From an uncultured Candidatus Peribacteria bacterium (GTDB taxonomy: Bacteria; Patescibacteriota; Gracilibacteria; BD1-5; UBA6164): DNA of 43,293 nucleotides. The DNA lies in contig CAZFWS010000001.1 of the NCBI GenBank assembly GCA_964522625.1, positions 1-43,293 on the forward strand, read 5' to 3'. Each line of letters begins with the position of its first letter. Positions within the stretch are counted from its first letter, which is position 1. Both the position numbers and the translations under genes were made by a program. Positions 22,153-33,448 of this stretch are shown piece after piece. The notes under the pieces were generated by a model. It saw only the letters and a list, made by a program, of their open reading frames with translations, did not search any database and was not told the origin of the DNA.

Positions 22153-22671
22153 ATGGACCAAATAAAAGACCTCATTATCCGAGTTGAATGACTCAAAAGT
22201 GAACAAAAATTTTCACGAGCCATTGAACTGCTTGAAAAAAGTATTATTAAATATCATTCTGATTATCGTCTCTATGAAGAACTTGCAGATATATACCTCT
22301 ACAAAGGAGAGCTCGTAAAATGACTCAAATCTGCAGATTTTGCACTGGACTTAAACAAAGACTCTGCCACCGGAAACTACCTCAAGGGTTTTATTCTCCT
22401 CTCACAAGATAAAGTAGAATCTGCTATTGTCTATCTCGAGAAATCAAATGCGATGCTAGGAAATAATCCTGAAGTACTCAGAAATCTATGATGGGCATAC
22501 ACTATGGTGCATCAGTCTCAACGATGAATTACTCTGCTCAAACGAGCCTTAAATCTGGCTCCAAATGATGAACTGATTACTGAAGATCTTGCTATGGCAC
22601 TCATCGGTATTGGTCATGTTGCTGAGTGAAATACTCTGCTCCAGAGTATTGGAAAAAGTATTATATCGTAA
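22153..22671 (+). CDS. TPR-repeat protein
   Basis: 172 aa starting 12 nt after dnaN. There are repeated 34-aa helical units (..AIELLEKSI..Y..LADIYLYKGE..A..DFALDLN.., ..NLGWAY.......RGITLLKRALNLAPND). Confidence 0.7.
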
Positions 22672-22720
22672 TACTTTTTTATTTAAAATTGTCTTCTTAT
22701 CATAACTCATTTTTCTCTGT

Positions 22721-23911
22721 ATGAACTTTATTACAAAAAAAATCCCGTCTCAAAATATCGGTATTATCGATATTGGGAGTCATAAAATTCGTGCATGAAT
22801 CTGTAGTTTTGAGAACAAAGAACTCAAGCTGATCGGATATGGAGAAAAACGACAAAATATTTGAGATATGACTGGTCCCGAAATACATAACATTGAAGGA
22901 GTTTGTAAAAGTGTATCTGCTGCTATTGAAAAGGCAGAAAAAAATGGAGGCATCAAAATAGAAAATATTATTATCAACATCCCTTTTGATGAGTTGTTTG
23001 TAGGATTTAATACACTCAAATATATTAGACAAGATAATGAACATAAAATCGATAAAACAGAACTACAACAAATCGTTGATCATATAGAATTTCATGCCCT
23101 CAATAAACAGTATAAACATATTATAAAAGAATACGGATATCAGAGTGATGATGTACGACTCATTTTAAGTAGTGTTCAAGAAATTCACTTAGATAATATC
23201 AAAACAAAAAAAATTCTTGGTAAAGTCGGGTCGCAGATTCATGCATCGCTCGTCAATATTTGTATCCCTGAAGTGAAGTATAACCTCATTCATACTATTG
23301 AATCAGCCACTGCAAAAAAAATACTTCAAATCATACCATCTGAATTTGCACTGTTCAAATTATCAAATAATCAAAATAATATTGTCATCGTTGATATAGG
23401 GAGTTGTAGCACTTCGATTATCGTCAAAAAGAAAGGTCAGCTTATTGGGATAAAGAAACTCTCTGTTGGTATTGGACACCTCATATCACAAATACAACAG
23501 GGACACCCAAAAACACATGCCAATATTATAAAATCAATCGATAGTGATTTATATGCAGATGAAAAAAAAGAATTTCTCTCTATTTTAGCGGATGTGATTG
23601 GTATATCACTCAGTGAAATTCTGGGATCACAAAATTGTCCAAATAATTTTTTCATTACCGGATGATGAGCGAACCAATTTCTGAAGCGATTTATTCAATA
23701 TATGGACCTGAGTCCCTATGCTGTCAATCATACCGGAAGTAGAAAAATACTGTCTGCTTGTGATCTATCAGAACATACGGATATTCATGATGATGCTTCT
23801 CGGAGTAATCTCGGGATTTATGCTATGATGATCGCAGCTATGGAATTTGTAAAAAAAGAATACGACCCCATCGAGGATTCGTTGAAAAAAACAGTAGAAA
23901 AATTAAAATAA
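22721..23911 (+). CDS. ftsA: cell-division protein FtsA (actin-like ATPase)
   Basis: 396 aa. The phosphate-1 motif is IGIIDIGSHKIRAG, the second is IVIVDIGSCSTSI, then FFITGGGAN. The C-terminus is an amphipathic helix, DSLKKTVEKLK. Confidence 0.85.
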
Positions 23912-23915
23912 AAAA

Positions 23916-23948
23916 ATAATCCTCCCGATTTGGGAAGGATTATTTTTT
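23916..23948. terminator. bidirectional terminator between ftsA and the ABC ATPase gene
   Basis: ataatcctccc-gattt-gggaaggattat with an A-run upstream and a T-run downstream. It overlaps the stop of the minus-strand gene. Confidence 0.65.
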
Positions 23949-24656
23949 ATCATCTCGCTCTATATTCTCTATAAAAAAGTCTTCTAAGGATCCTGATATA
24001 TCACTCAGTGCAGTATCACGGACAATGATATGCCCTTTGTTAATAATACTGACCGTATCACAGATGCTCTCTACATCTGCCAGAATATGTGTGTTAAAAA
24101 AGATAGTAGTTCATTTCTTTTTGAGTGATACTAACAGGTCTTTTACCATCTTTCGCCCAATCGGATCAAGTCCGCTCATAGGTTCATCTAAAAAAACTAA
24201 ATCTGGTTTGTTGATAATCGACTGAGCCAATCATACTCTTTGCAGCATTCATTTAGAATATTCTTTCAGGTATTTATTTTGGGCTTCTTCCAGTCATACT
24301 TGTTGCAGTAATTTTTGGACACGTTTTTCAGCTTTTTCACCCGTGAGTCCAAAAAACTTAGCATTAAAATCTAAAAATTCTTTTCCAGTCAAATGTTTAT
24401 ATAAATAGGTATTTTCAGGCATAAAACCAACTTTACTTTTTGCCTCTCGTGTAAGCCCCTGATTTCAAAATACTTTAATACTTCATGATTCTGGGGTAAT
24501 AAGTCCCATAATACACTTCATTGTAGTTGTTTTACCAGCACCGTTCGGTCCTAAAAAACCATAAATTTCTCACTTTTTCACCTGAAAACTCACATCATGT
24601 AAGACCTGTTTCCCAGAAAGTGATTTTTGTATTTTTTCTACACGCAATATCGACAT
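23940..24656 (-). CDS. ABC transporter ATP-binding protein
   Basis: 238 aa. Walker A is [13 protein letters not shown], the signature is YSKGMLQRVGLA, Walker B is [12 protein letters not shown], and the H-loop is FNTHIL. No permease gene is adjacent. Confidence 0.9.
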
Positions 24657-24789
24657 AGCACAATATATAAAAAAGAGATAAAATTCTGTATTTAGAGTAT
24701 GTTTTTCTGTACTTTTGTAAAGTGAAAAAATTGATTTTTTGTATCAGAATCATATAATCCTTCTATAATTACTTGTAACTCTTATAAAT

Positions 24790-25335
24790 ATGTTAGATAA
24801 AGCAACTGATGGTATACAAAAAACTATCAAACACCTCGAATATGAATATTCAAAATTACAAATGTGACGAGCTAACCCAGCTATTGTTGAAGATATTATG
24901 GTGGATCAATATGGATCACTCCAACCACTGCAAAACATGGCTTCTGTATCAAACATGGACTCACAAACTCTTTCTATTAAACCATGGGATAAAACAACAC
25001 TCACTGCTATTGCAAAAGCTATTTCTGATTCTGGACTCGGTTTAAACCCTCAAACCATGGCTGATAGCATCATGATTAAAATACCAGCTCTCACAGAAGA
25101 AAGAAGAAAAGAAATATCAAAAGTAGCCAAAAAACTCGCAGAAGATGCAAAAGTATCTATTCGAAACGTACGAGGAGATGTACATAAAATGATCAAAAAA
25201 GCAGCGGACGATAAAGAGATCAGTGAAGATGAACAAAAAGATAAAGAAACAGAACTGCAAAAACTTATCGATGAAGCCAATAAAAGTATCGATACTCACT
25301 ATAAAAACAAAGAAGCTGATATTATGAAAGTATAA
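24790..25335 (+). CDS. frr: ribosome recycling factor
   Basis: 181 aa: MLDKATDGIQKTIKHLEYEYSKLQMGRANPAIVEDIMVDQYGS...LNPQTMADSIMIKIPALTEERRKEISK..IRNVRGD. Confidence 0.95.
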
Positions 25336-25394
25336 CAACCCCCTCCCAACCTCCCCCTTGTCAGAGGGAGGAGCAAAAAATTCAAATTAAAAAA

Positions 25395-25420
25395 GAGTAA
25401 GCTATGCTTACCCTTTTTTA
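25395..25420. terminator. bidirectional terminator between frr and rpmG
   Basis: gagtaagc-tat-gcttaccc flanked by aaaaa and tttttt. Confidence 0.55.
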
Positions 25421-25605
25421 ATTTCTTTCATTTTGAGAGTTCCATCTTTGGTACTTTCATGTGTTTTAGTAACTTTATTATACTTTCGGAGAGATGGTCA
25501 TTTTACACCAGCTTCAAAATTTTTCTTTTGAATATTGGTCATATGAACTATATTTCCAGTAGTAGTAGAATAAAAAGCTACGTAGGTTCGTTTTCCTTTA
25601 GCCAT
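25408..25605 (-). CDS. rpmG: 50S ribosomal protein L33
   Basis: 65 aa: MAKGKRTYVAFYSTTTGNIVHMTNIQKKNFEAGVKGPSLRKYNKVTKTHESTK.., which fits the L33 pattern (MAKGKR..., L.LRKY...). Confidence 0.8.
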
Positions 25606-25615
25606 TTATAATAAA

Positions 25616-25816
25616 TTAAAAATAAAATTTTGTATTGAGTGCTCTATAATGCTCTCGTACGATTGCTTTTTCACGTTGTTTTTTCTTTGACAATCATTTA
25701 ACGGCATATCGTGTTGATTTTAATCTATTCGCTGTTCTGGATTGGAAAAACATTTTTTTGTATCTGAGAATCAGTTTTTCGTTTGTTTCTCAATCATTTC
25801 TAATCGCGTATATCAT
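25616..25816 (-). CDS. rpsU: 30S ribosomal protein S21
   Basis: 66 aa: MIYAIRNDGETNEKLILRYKKMFFQSRTANRLKSTRYAVKGLSKKKQREKAIVRE... An AAGGAG Shine-Dalgarno sequence lies 8 nt upstream. Confidence 0.8.
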
Positions 25817-25936
25817 AGATACTATCTCCTTAAGGAACTAAAAAATTAAATTAACACGCAGATTCTATGAATAAAAATTCATTTGTCAAAAAGAAAATAC
25901 TGCCTATACTCTTGGTCATATATATAAAAAAAATCT

Positions 25937-26275
25937 ATGAATCAAAAACGCATTTCTCAGCTCGAAAAAACCAGTTATAAAATCATATCACAATTTATCA
26001 GTGAAGAACTCAGTGAACTACAGTCTGACTTTGGTATGATCAATCTCAGTAGTGTCACGATTAGCAGTGATATATCTTATCTCGATGCACATGTGAGTAG
26101 TCTTAAAAAGACTGATATCCTTACAAAAACACTCGCAAAACATGCCAGAGATATAGAACGAAAAATGATTCGAGCCATTGCAATACGAAAGCTCCCTCGT
26201 ATCAGATTTCGATATGATAGCAGTGGTGAAAAATCACAAGAAATATATGATATCATGAGCTCTATACAATCATAA
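25937..26275 (+). CDS. rbfA: ribosome-binding factor A
   Basis: Intact track ORF of 112 aa. It has R...L...I..ii......d.....v.it.V..s.D...a.V and KLPRIRFRYD. Confidence 0.85.
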   Translation: MNQKRISQLEKTSYKIISQFISEELSELQSDFGMINLSSVTISSDISYLDAHVSSLKKTDILTKTLAKHARDIERKMIRAIAIRKLPRIRFRYDSSGEKSQEIYDIMSSIQS

Positions 26276-26282
26276 TTATTCT

Positions 26283-27215
26283 ATGCCAATTAAATGCCCA
26301 AAAACATTTTCCAAACTCTGCACCCTTTTTACAAAAAAAAATACGCGAAAAAGATCTATTTGGCATGCCCCTAAAACAGCAGCCTATTTTAAACCAAGAA
26401 AAAAACGTATTCAAGTATCTACCAAAGGTATCTGAACATGCCTCGCATTTGTACAGTGAAAATACTTTCTACTGAGTATCGTTATATTCATACTCGTGAT
26501 GCTGGGAATAATGATTTGAGGTCCATTTTTTAAAATACAGCATATCAATATTATCAAACGTGATAATATCAGCAATATCGAAATTTCATACAGTTCCGTA
26601 CAGTCCTTGCGGGATAAAAATATTTTTTGAGTATGATTTGAAGATATCAGAAAAAAAATGCTTTCCTACCAACCAAACCTAGCATCTATTCAACCCAGTG
26701 TTTCCTTTCCTAATACCCTCAAAATCACCATCGAATCCTACCCTGGGTTATTTAATACCCTCCTATGAAACAAGAATTATATCATTACACAAAACGGTGT
26801 TTTAGTCCCTAAAAATCCTCATCCTGAACTACAAAATATATCTGTTTTTTTAGATGAATGAACTTCTTTTTTAGAATATAGGCAAATATTTCAACAAGAA
26901 TATATAGAAAAGATATATACTCTGGTAGAGTGAGTCACAGATAATATTATATGATCTCAGGTGTTTGATATGTTATATTATCAAAATGAACGAGAAGCAC
27001 ATATCATTCTAAAAAGTGGTGTTCGCCTCATATTTGATCTCAACACTGACAGTACAGAACAAATAGAAAAAATAGCTGTTTTTCATAAAGAATCTCAGAA
27101 CATTTTAAGTTGAGAGCTAACCTATATTGATTTAAGAATAAAAAACAGAATATTTTATTGCCCTACCACGGTACAATACCAGTGTCTCGAAAATCTAAAA
27201 AGTATTTACGAATAA
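26283..27215 (+). CDS. ftsQ: FtsQ/DivIB-type cell-division protein (TM + POTRA)
   Basis: 310 aa, with the frame verified codon by codon. It has a basic N-terminus, the TM segment FLLSIVIFILVMLGIMIGG, and then the POTRA-like FKIQHINIIKRDNISNIEI..SFPNTLKITIESY. Confidence 0.7.
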
Positions 27216-27225
27216 ATCCTAAAAA

Positions 27226-27765
27226 TTAACCTTTAGGAGTAATCACTCGTTCTATCCCAACAATCAATCATCCTTTTTTTGAATCTGTAAAATACAAACG
27301 ATCTACAATATTTACAATAATCATAAATAAACCACGTCATCGTATTGAACGATGCTGGCTACATTCTTCAGCGACTCGTTGGTCACGCATTTGTTCCATA
27401 TCATGAGCTGTCTTATGCGAACTTCCTTTTCAACTATCTTCTACTTCAACATGCATATGTACATCATCATCATGTTTGTTGCATACGATACGCATAATAT
27501 TAATGTCTCATGATTGAGAACCATATTCAATCGCATTATTATTCATTTCATCAATGACAAGTGTCATACGAGATATCAACATGTTATCAAATTGATATAA
27601 CTCACAAAGAGACTGAAATACATTCCTCAGTGTTTTGGTATGCTTAAAATCAGATACATAACAAAACTCTATTTCAAGCCCTTTTTCAGAGTCTATATAG
27701 TTTTGCAGCATCTGTGTGTAGTCTGTGCTATCTTTATCCAGAGTATTTATATCGATGTAATGCAT
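27226..27765 (-). CDS. HATPase_c-fold anti-sigma-factor-like Ser/Thr kinase (RsbW/SpoIIAB type)
   Basis: 179 aa. The N-box is VIDEMNNNAIEYGS, the G1-like motif is VEDSGKG, and the G2-like motif is RGRGLFMI. Track ORF 27508-27765 extends through TGAs to TAA 27226-27228. Confidence 0.7.
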
Positions 27766-27836
27766 ATATCAAAATGCTTGATTGATTAAATATCTTTATT
27801 CCTATTGTATCATAGCTCGATATAAAAATCAAAAAA

Positions 27837-27866
27837 AAGCACGCTAAATAAGTGTGCTTTTTTTTA
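27837..27866 (-). terminator. rho-independent terminator of hup
   Basis: aagcacgc-8 nt-gtgtgctt. On the minus strand it is followed by a T8 run, 16 nt after the hup stop. Confidence 0.75.
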
Positions 27867-27881
27867 GGATGGAAACAAGAA

Positions 27882-28154
27882 TTATCTTACTGCTTCTTTA
27901 AGAGTTTTCCCAGCTCGGAATACAGGAGATTTCATAGCAGGAATTTTAATAGATTCACCAGTTCGTGGATTTACACCGTTTCGTGCAGCTCTTTCTGATA
28001 CTTTAAAAGCACCAAAACCAGTAATATTTACTTCACTTCCAGATTTAAGTTCTGCAGTAGTAACTTCGATAAAAGAAGCAAGTACTTTAGATACAGCATC
28101 TTGGCTGAGTCCAGCTTGTGCAGCAATAGCTTTAATAAGATCTTGTTTTTTCAT
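27882..28154 (-). CDS. hup: DNA-binding protein HU
   Basis: MKKQDLIKAIAAQAGLSQDAVSKVLASFIEVTTAELKSGSEVNITGFGAFKVSERAARNGVNPRTGESIKIPAMKSPVFRAGKTLKEAV. The alternative start at 28163 adds MLH. There is no TGA in the gene. Confidence 0.95.
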   Translation of the reverse strand: MKKQDLIKAIAAQAGLSQDAVSKVLASFIEVTTAELKSGSEVNITGFGAFKVSERAARNGVNPRTGESIKIPAMKSPVFRAGKTLKEAVR

Positions 28155-28253
28155 ATGTAGCATATGTTAATATATAAAACTCTGGTATATTATCAGTGTT
28201 TAAAACTTTTGCAAATCTTTTTTTGTCTTTTTTCCCTCTATTAAAGGAATGTT

Positions 28254-28311
28254 ATGATTTAAAAATAAAAATATTGGCTATGTGTAGCCAATATTTTTAT
28301 TTTTAAATCAT
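28254..28311. repeat. perfect inverted repeat, 27-bp arms with a 4-nt loop
   Basis: ATGATTTAAAAATAAAAATATTGGCTA-tgtg-TAGCCAATATTTTTATTTTTAAATCAT. The right arm abuts and overlaps the yebC stop codon (28311-28313). Confidence 0.9.
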
Positions 28312-29081
28312 TATGTCCGGAATGTATTTTTTTCTATAAATTCATCTGCTTCCCCATTCAACTCTGCTGAAATAATCTCATTTGATGATACGATATTCAC
28401 ATCTTCATCTTCTTCAAATGCATAGAGCATTTTTTTAAATTTCAACACGTTATCAAAATCAGTGAGTTCAATCTCATTTTCAGGAACAAAATCCAGTTTT
28501 GACTCTAAGGTTTCGATATTTTTTTCACTCAACACCTGTTCTACTTGATGAAAATCTTCTACAGTAGTAATAATCTTAATATATTCTGGTTCTGAAACGA
28601 TATCCTCCGCAGCCGTTTCAAATATAATTTCTTCTATATCTTCATACGCATGTACCTGTGGATCAATAAATATCACTCATTTTCGATGAAACATCCATGA
28701 TACAGCACCATTTTCTCACATATTTCCTCCATATTTTGTAAAAATATGACGGATATTCCCTACGGTTCTATTTTTATTATCCGTCAAAGTAGAAACCATC
28801 ATAGCAATACCTCCAGGAGCATATCCCTCATATACAATTTCGGATATTTGAGCAGCTGATTTATCTTCTCAGGTTCATTTTTTGATGGCCCTATCGATAT
28901 TATCATTTGGTACTCCTGCTTTTTTAGCTGTGGTAATAGCAGATGCTAAAGATGGATTTTGATCCGGATCTCATCACTTCACTGCTGCAATAGCAATCAA
29001 TTTTGCATGCAGAGAAAATATTTTCCCTTTCACTGAATTAACGGCATCCTTTCGGGCTTGTATTACTGGTCCTCGTCACAT
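28311..29081 (-). CDS. yebC: YebC/PmpR-family transcriptional regulator
   Basis: 256 aa. The motifs are [52 protein letters not shown] and [37 protein letters not shown]. Multiple TGA=Gly codons include the conserved GG. Confidence 0.92.
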
Positions 29082-29104
29082 ATAAGTTGTATTAAATATA
29101 TAAA

Positions 29105-29917
29105 TTATTTTCCGTATAGCGCATATTTCAACGTATTTAAATACTGCGTATTATCGAGCGTAGTACGAATATTTTGTCTATGCGATCACACTCTTCCACG
29201 TGATATAATAGTCGCTCTAGGAGTCGAGAAAAAATCACTACTGCTCAATGTATATGTCAGTGTATCAGTATAAGAAGGATTCAAAAGAATCAAATACCCG
29301 CTCGATATATCTGATAAGAGCTCCCCAATATTTTGATCTGTATAAATAATCTTATTATCTCATCAAAGTTTCTTTATGGTAATATCTGTAGTATCATCAA
29401 ATTCCCCATTTCCAGATATTCCTCCAGTATCTCCTATAATATTCCAAGACAATTCGGATAAATCCGAATCCAAAGACGATAAGTTGATATCTCCTATTTT
29501 TTGTACTTGCACATCAGAACTCCCAGTGAGATAAAAAAGAGGAATAATATCATAGCCAAGTGGATCAAGAGTTCCCTCATAACTATCGACTCGAGTATTC
29601 ATATCATACGATATTTCTGCTTCTTTTTTGCTTGGATCTGTGGGGTCAAGAGCAAGGATATGATTGATAGAAGAATTTTCTCAAAATGCATAATTCTCAT
29701 AGTATCCATAGCCCTTTTGTTTAATACTGAGAAGCGCTAGCTCTGCTCACGCTTCAGCACCAGCAGCCGCTTGAATATAGTTCCCGAGGACTCGATTATC
29801 TTGAAGTTCACGAAGCACCAGTTGAAACACTCCTATCGTAGTCGTCAGTAAAAATCATACCATAATCAAAGCCATGACAGAGGAAAATGCCGAGTGATGT
29901 GAAGAATGATATTGCAT
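29105..29917 (-). CDS. PilX-like type IV pilus minor pilin / assembly protein
   Basis: 270 aa. The N-terminal hydrophobic helix is SAFSSVMALIMVGFLLTTTIGVF, followed by NYIQAAAGAEAGAELAL (PilX_N-type A..AEaG.e). It is the last gene of the pseudopilin run. Confidence 0.6.
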
Positions 29918-29923
29918 AAAAAA

Positions 29924-30517
29924 CTAATTATTGGGTAGGATACGTTCGGCAAAGGTAAATTGAAATGTTTCCGTATTTTTAGCGGCTATTTCCGAGCGAA
30001 TTCATTTCTGTACTGCTGGTCGAAGCCTGAGTACTCAAGTAACTTTCGGTATTGGCTCCTTCGTCATATACCATATGATCGACTCAACAGCCACACGACT
30101 ATTGGTAATAGGTCACAAATGTTGTACATATAAAATACAATTATTACTGATATCAGCACACTGAGATGAGGTGGATCGAGTCCAATCACCATGCGTATTT
30201 TGCTGTGCCAAATAATATTTATTACTTCATGTTTCTAAACCACTTCACTCTTTCCATCAATCAGTAGCAAATCCATATGGATCTGTTGTATCTTCTGATA
30301 CTCAGATTATTCATGATTCAGTAATATCTGCTGAGATGCGCTCTACAATCGACTTAACATTCTCCTGCATCGCTCGATGAATATCAGCAGATCGAGTTAC
30401 TTGTTGCACGGCCATAAAGGTCGCAATAATAGAGACCATAATAATAGAAATAATTGATATCGTCACTATTATTTCTATGAGGGTAAATCATTCGAGAGAT
30501 GTGTTATATTTTTTCAT
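29924..30517 (-). CDS. prepilin-type N-terminal cleavage/methylation domain protein (PulJ/PilW-like pseudopilin)
   Basis: MKKYNTSLE-G-FTLIEIIVTISIISIIMV. The cleavage-site Gly is TGA (30488-30490). 197 aa. Confidence 0.8.
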
Positions 30518-30526
30518 ACTATATTA

Positions 30527-31114
30527 TTAAAGTCTTCTCCAATCAGTCAGAATAGTACTGACTTCAAAACGATGTTCTCATTTACTTCTCCATTCTACTA
30601 CTGAGCGTATTTTTTTTGCCTCAGAGATACCTGGAACATCACTGATTTCTATATACCGATACAATGGAGTCAAAGTATGAGATGAATCTATGGGATCACA
30701 GTACACATACCTCCCTTTTTCATCTGAGCATATACGATATGATTCAATATCAGTGATATCATCGATATTTTCTACTCAAGTAGGAAAAGTATTATTTGAT
30801 GTCACTGTAAAATCATGATAGATTTTGTAAAATCCATTTCAAAAAAATGAATCTGGATCAGCTACACTTCAAAGAGGGTCCATCTGCATATATGGTTTCA
30901 ACTGATCATAATTACTATCACGAATATGTCGCATGAGTTCTATTTGTTCTTTTCATAGATTCGTGGCAACACTGTAGTGTCTGTTATAATCACTCATACG
31001 AATCGTCGACTGAATAACAGCATACACTGCTACTAATCATAAGGTAAATATAAAAATACCAATTAAAACTTCGATAATAGAAAATCAAGATATGGATGAT
31101 TGAGTATGCTTCAT
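30527..31114 (-). CDS. prepilin-type pseudopilin (PilV/GspI-like)
   Basis: MKHTQSSIS-G-FSIIEVLIGIFIFTLGLVAV. The cleavage-site Gly is again TGA. 195 aa. Confidence 0.8.
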
Positions 31115-31117
31115 AGA

Positions 31118-31666
31118 CTAGTAATCAACGATATTAGTTTGAGTAAAATATTTCAGAGTAGTATAGAGCGGACTCGATTCATCTGCATCTGAGAATGCAT
31201 ATGCTATAGAAAGAATATCCTCAGAGAATCTTTCAGGAGTCCCTACAGAATCCAGATAAATATAACTTCCTGATCCACTGATAGCCTCAAATAAGAAGAG
31301 TGCATTATCCTGTCATTGTATAGCACGGATTTCAACCCCTACTGGTAATGGTCTTGTTTCGAGCAATATTCATAAAGTCGGATCAATAATAATAGATTCA
31401 TATGGATATCCATAAAAAGAGAGTTGGTGTCGAGTAGATGCATCAGTATTAATATACAGTCATACCGATAAATTTGATCCTGAAGCAGTTCCTGAAACAG
31501 CGAGGTTTCGTGCTTCGTATAAACTTTGAGAAAGTTCTTTCCCCGCTTGTTTTACAGCCAATTTTTTTCATTGATAGGCATATGGTACATAGGTCAATCA
31601 AAGTATCACAAACAACAGTGTCAGGGCTACCATGAGTTCAATAAGTGTAAATGCCCGAGTATTCAT
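31118..31666 (-). CDS. prepilin-type pseudopilin (GspH/FimT-like)
   Basis: MNTR-AFTLIELMVALTLLFVILG. 182 aa. By hand count, 5 of its 13 Gly codons are TGA. Confidence 0.75.
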
Positions 31667-31726
31667 ATATATTTTATCCACTAAAAAAATAGAATTTTTC
31701 CAACAAAATTCTACTGTAAAAACAAA

Positions 31727-31756
31727 AAAACTCAAAAGAAATATTTGAGTTTTTAT
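31727..31756. terminator. bidirectional terminator downstream of pilC
   Basis: aaaactcaaa-7 nt-tttgagtttt is a perfect 10-bp stem with A/T runs on both sides. Confidence 0.7.
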
Positions 31757-31774
31757 TGTATATATCTATGAATC

Positions 31775-32881
31775 TTAACCAACTACTGCAGTAACCTTGA
31801 GAATAGCACCTAAAATAGCAAAGGCAAACCAGAGAACAAACACACCAGCAATGAGGAGAGCTATTGGTTCAATCCACTTCGTTACATTTGAGAGAGAATA
31901 ATCCACTTCTCGTTCATATTGACTGGCCATTTTTGCTCCAATTTTTTCAATAGATGCGGTTCGTTCTCATACTGAAAGCATTTGCAGGAATGAAGCGGGA
32001 AAATACTGTCCGTCAGTATTGACTTCTTCCATAGCAGCAACAACTCATTCTCACTTTGAAACGGCATCTCCGATCTCATCAAATAGATTTTCATAGAGAG
32101 GGCTTCGACTGGATCTTCCTACTAAAGAAAGTGTTTTTACAAAATTTACTCATGCTCATGTCAGACTGGAAAGCGTAGAGGAAATATTAGAGAGAATATA
32201 GTTTTTATATACCGTCCCAACAAGTGGAACAGCAAATAACATCATCTCTAATCTGGCATGTCCAGATGGTGTGTTTTTATACCCAATAAATGAAAACAAA
32301 CTGGCTGTCACTATCAAAATCAATAATAAGATATTATCCGCAACAAAATCAGATGCTCCAATCAATATTTTTGTCGCAAGTGGAAGCTCTACATCAGCTG
32401 TCGCAAAAAGTGGCTGAATAGAAGGTACTACATAAGTTAACACTACTGTAATAGCGACAATCAGCATACTAAAAATAATTATTGGATATGTCATTGCTCC
32501 ACTAATTTTTTTTCGTAGTTCTTCTCGTTGTTTCATGTCATTCGAAAGTTTTGAGAGTGATTGAATCAATCCACCTGTTTCTTCCCCTGCTTCAATAATA
32601 GATATTTCTGATAGATTAAATATTTGTGGGACTTTTTTCATGGCACGCGACAAAGAATCTCATGATTCAATATACACCATGATATCATGAATTTTTTGTT
32701 TAAAATAAACACTCTCTAGTTTTTCATGTACTGATGTCAAACTTTCTGAAAATGATACTCATCCATCGATCATCACCGCAATATATTCATAAAAATTTGC
32801 CTTATCTAAAATAGAAACCTTTTTTGAGACAAAGATATTAGAATGAAGAATCGAATCATTTTTTTGTGTATTGTTAGTCAT
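31775..32881 (-). CDS. pilC: type IV pilus assembly platform protein PilC (GspF family)
   Basis: 368 aa. There are two GspF repeats (..AVMIDGGVSFSESL.., ..IIEAGEETGGL.., ..LSVGERTASIEKI..), three TM segments, and the C-terminus ILKVTAVVG. Confidence 0.92.
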
Positions 32882-32890
32882 GAAAAAATT

Positions 32891-33430
32891 TTATTTATAA
32901 AACATTTTTACTGGTACAGTAATGCTAAATCCTCCACTTCGCCCATCTGCTGGATAGGTAAATGAATCCATAAAAAATGCATACTCAGTATTATTCACGG
33001 TAAGAAAATCGAGAAACTGTCTCATAATTCTCTCAGAAGATACTTGTGCCGCAATATTTATTTGTACTTCCCAAAATCCAATTTCATTTTTTTGTGGTGC
33101 GGAAAAATTGATATTTTTAATCAAAATGTGTGTCACATTTTGATTCATTTTCTCTGCATACCCATAGATGAAATCAATTAATTCATTTTCACTAAATCAT
33201 CTAGTATATTTTTGAACCAGTTCTTGTTGACTCAAAATATCTTTTTTATCTACTTCTAATTGAGTCAGCTCGGCACGTGCATCAACCAATTCTTGCTCAG
33301 TAGTAGTATAGATATCATTATTTTCCTGCATTTGAAAAAAGAGATCTTTGGTAAATAATACCAGAATAAATAGTGCTATAAATACGAGCGTATACGAAAT
33401 AAATGTATGTTTTTGATGTTTTTGTATCAT
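32891..33430 (-). CDS. pilO: PilO-like pilus assembly protein
   Basis: Track ORFs 32891-33148 and 33197-33430 are in frame and joined by one TGA, giving 179 aa. It has an N-terminal TM, a coiled coil (ELVDARAELTQLEVDKKD) and an alpha/beta C-domain, and lies immediately upstream of pilC. Confidence 0.6.
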
Positions 33431-33448
33431 AGGAGAGAAAGTTAAGTT

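Noticed and set aside
22721-23911. The actin-like ATPase could be the missing PilM.
   Set aside because: It has an FtsA-type domain order and a C-terminal amphipathic membrane-targeting helix. It is about 10 kb from the pilus genes and sits among replication and division genes.
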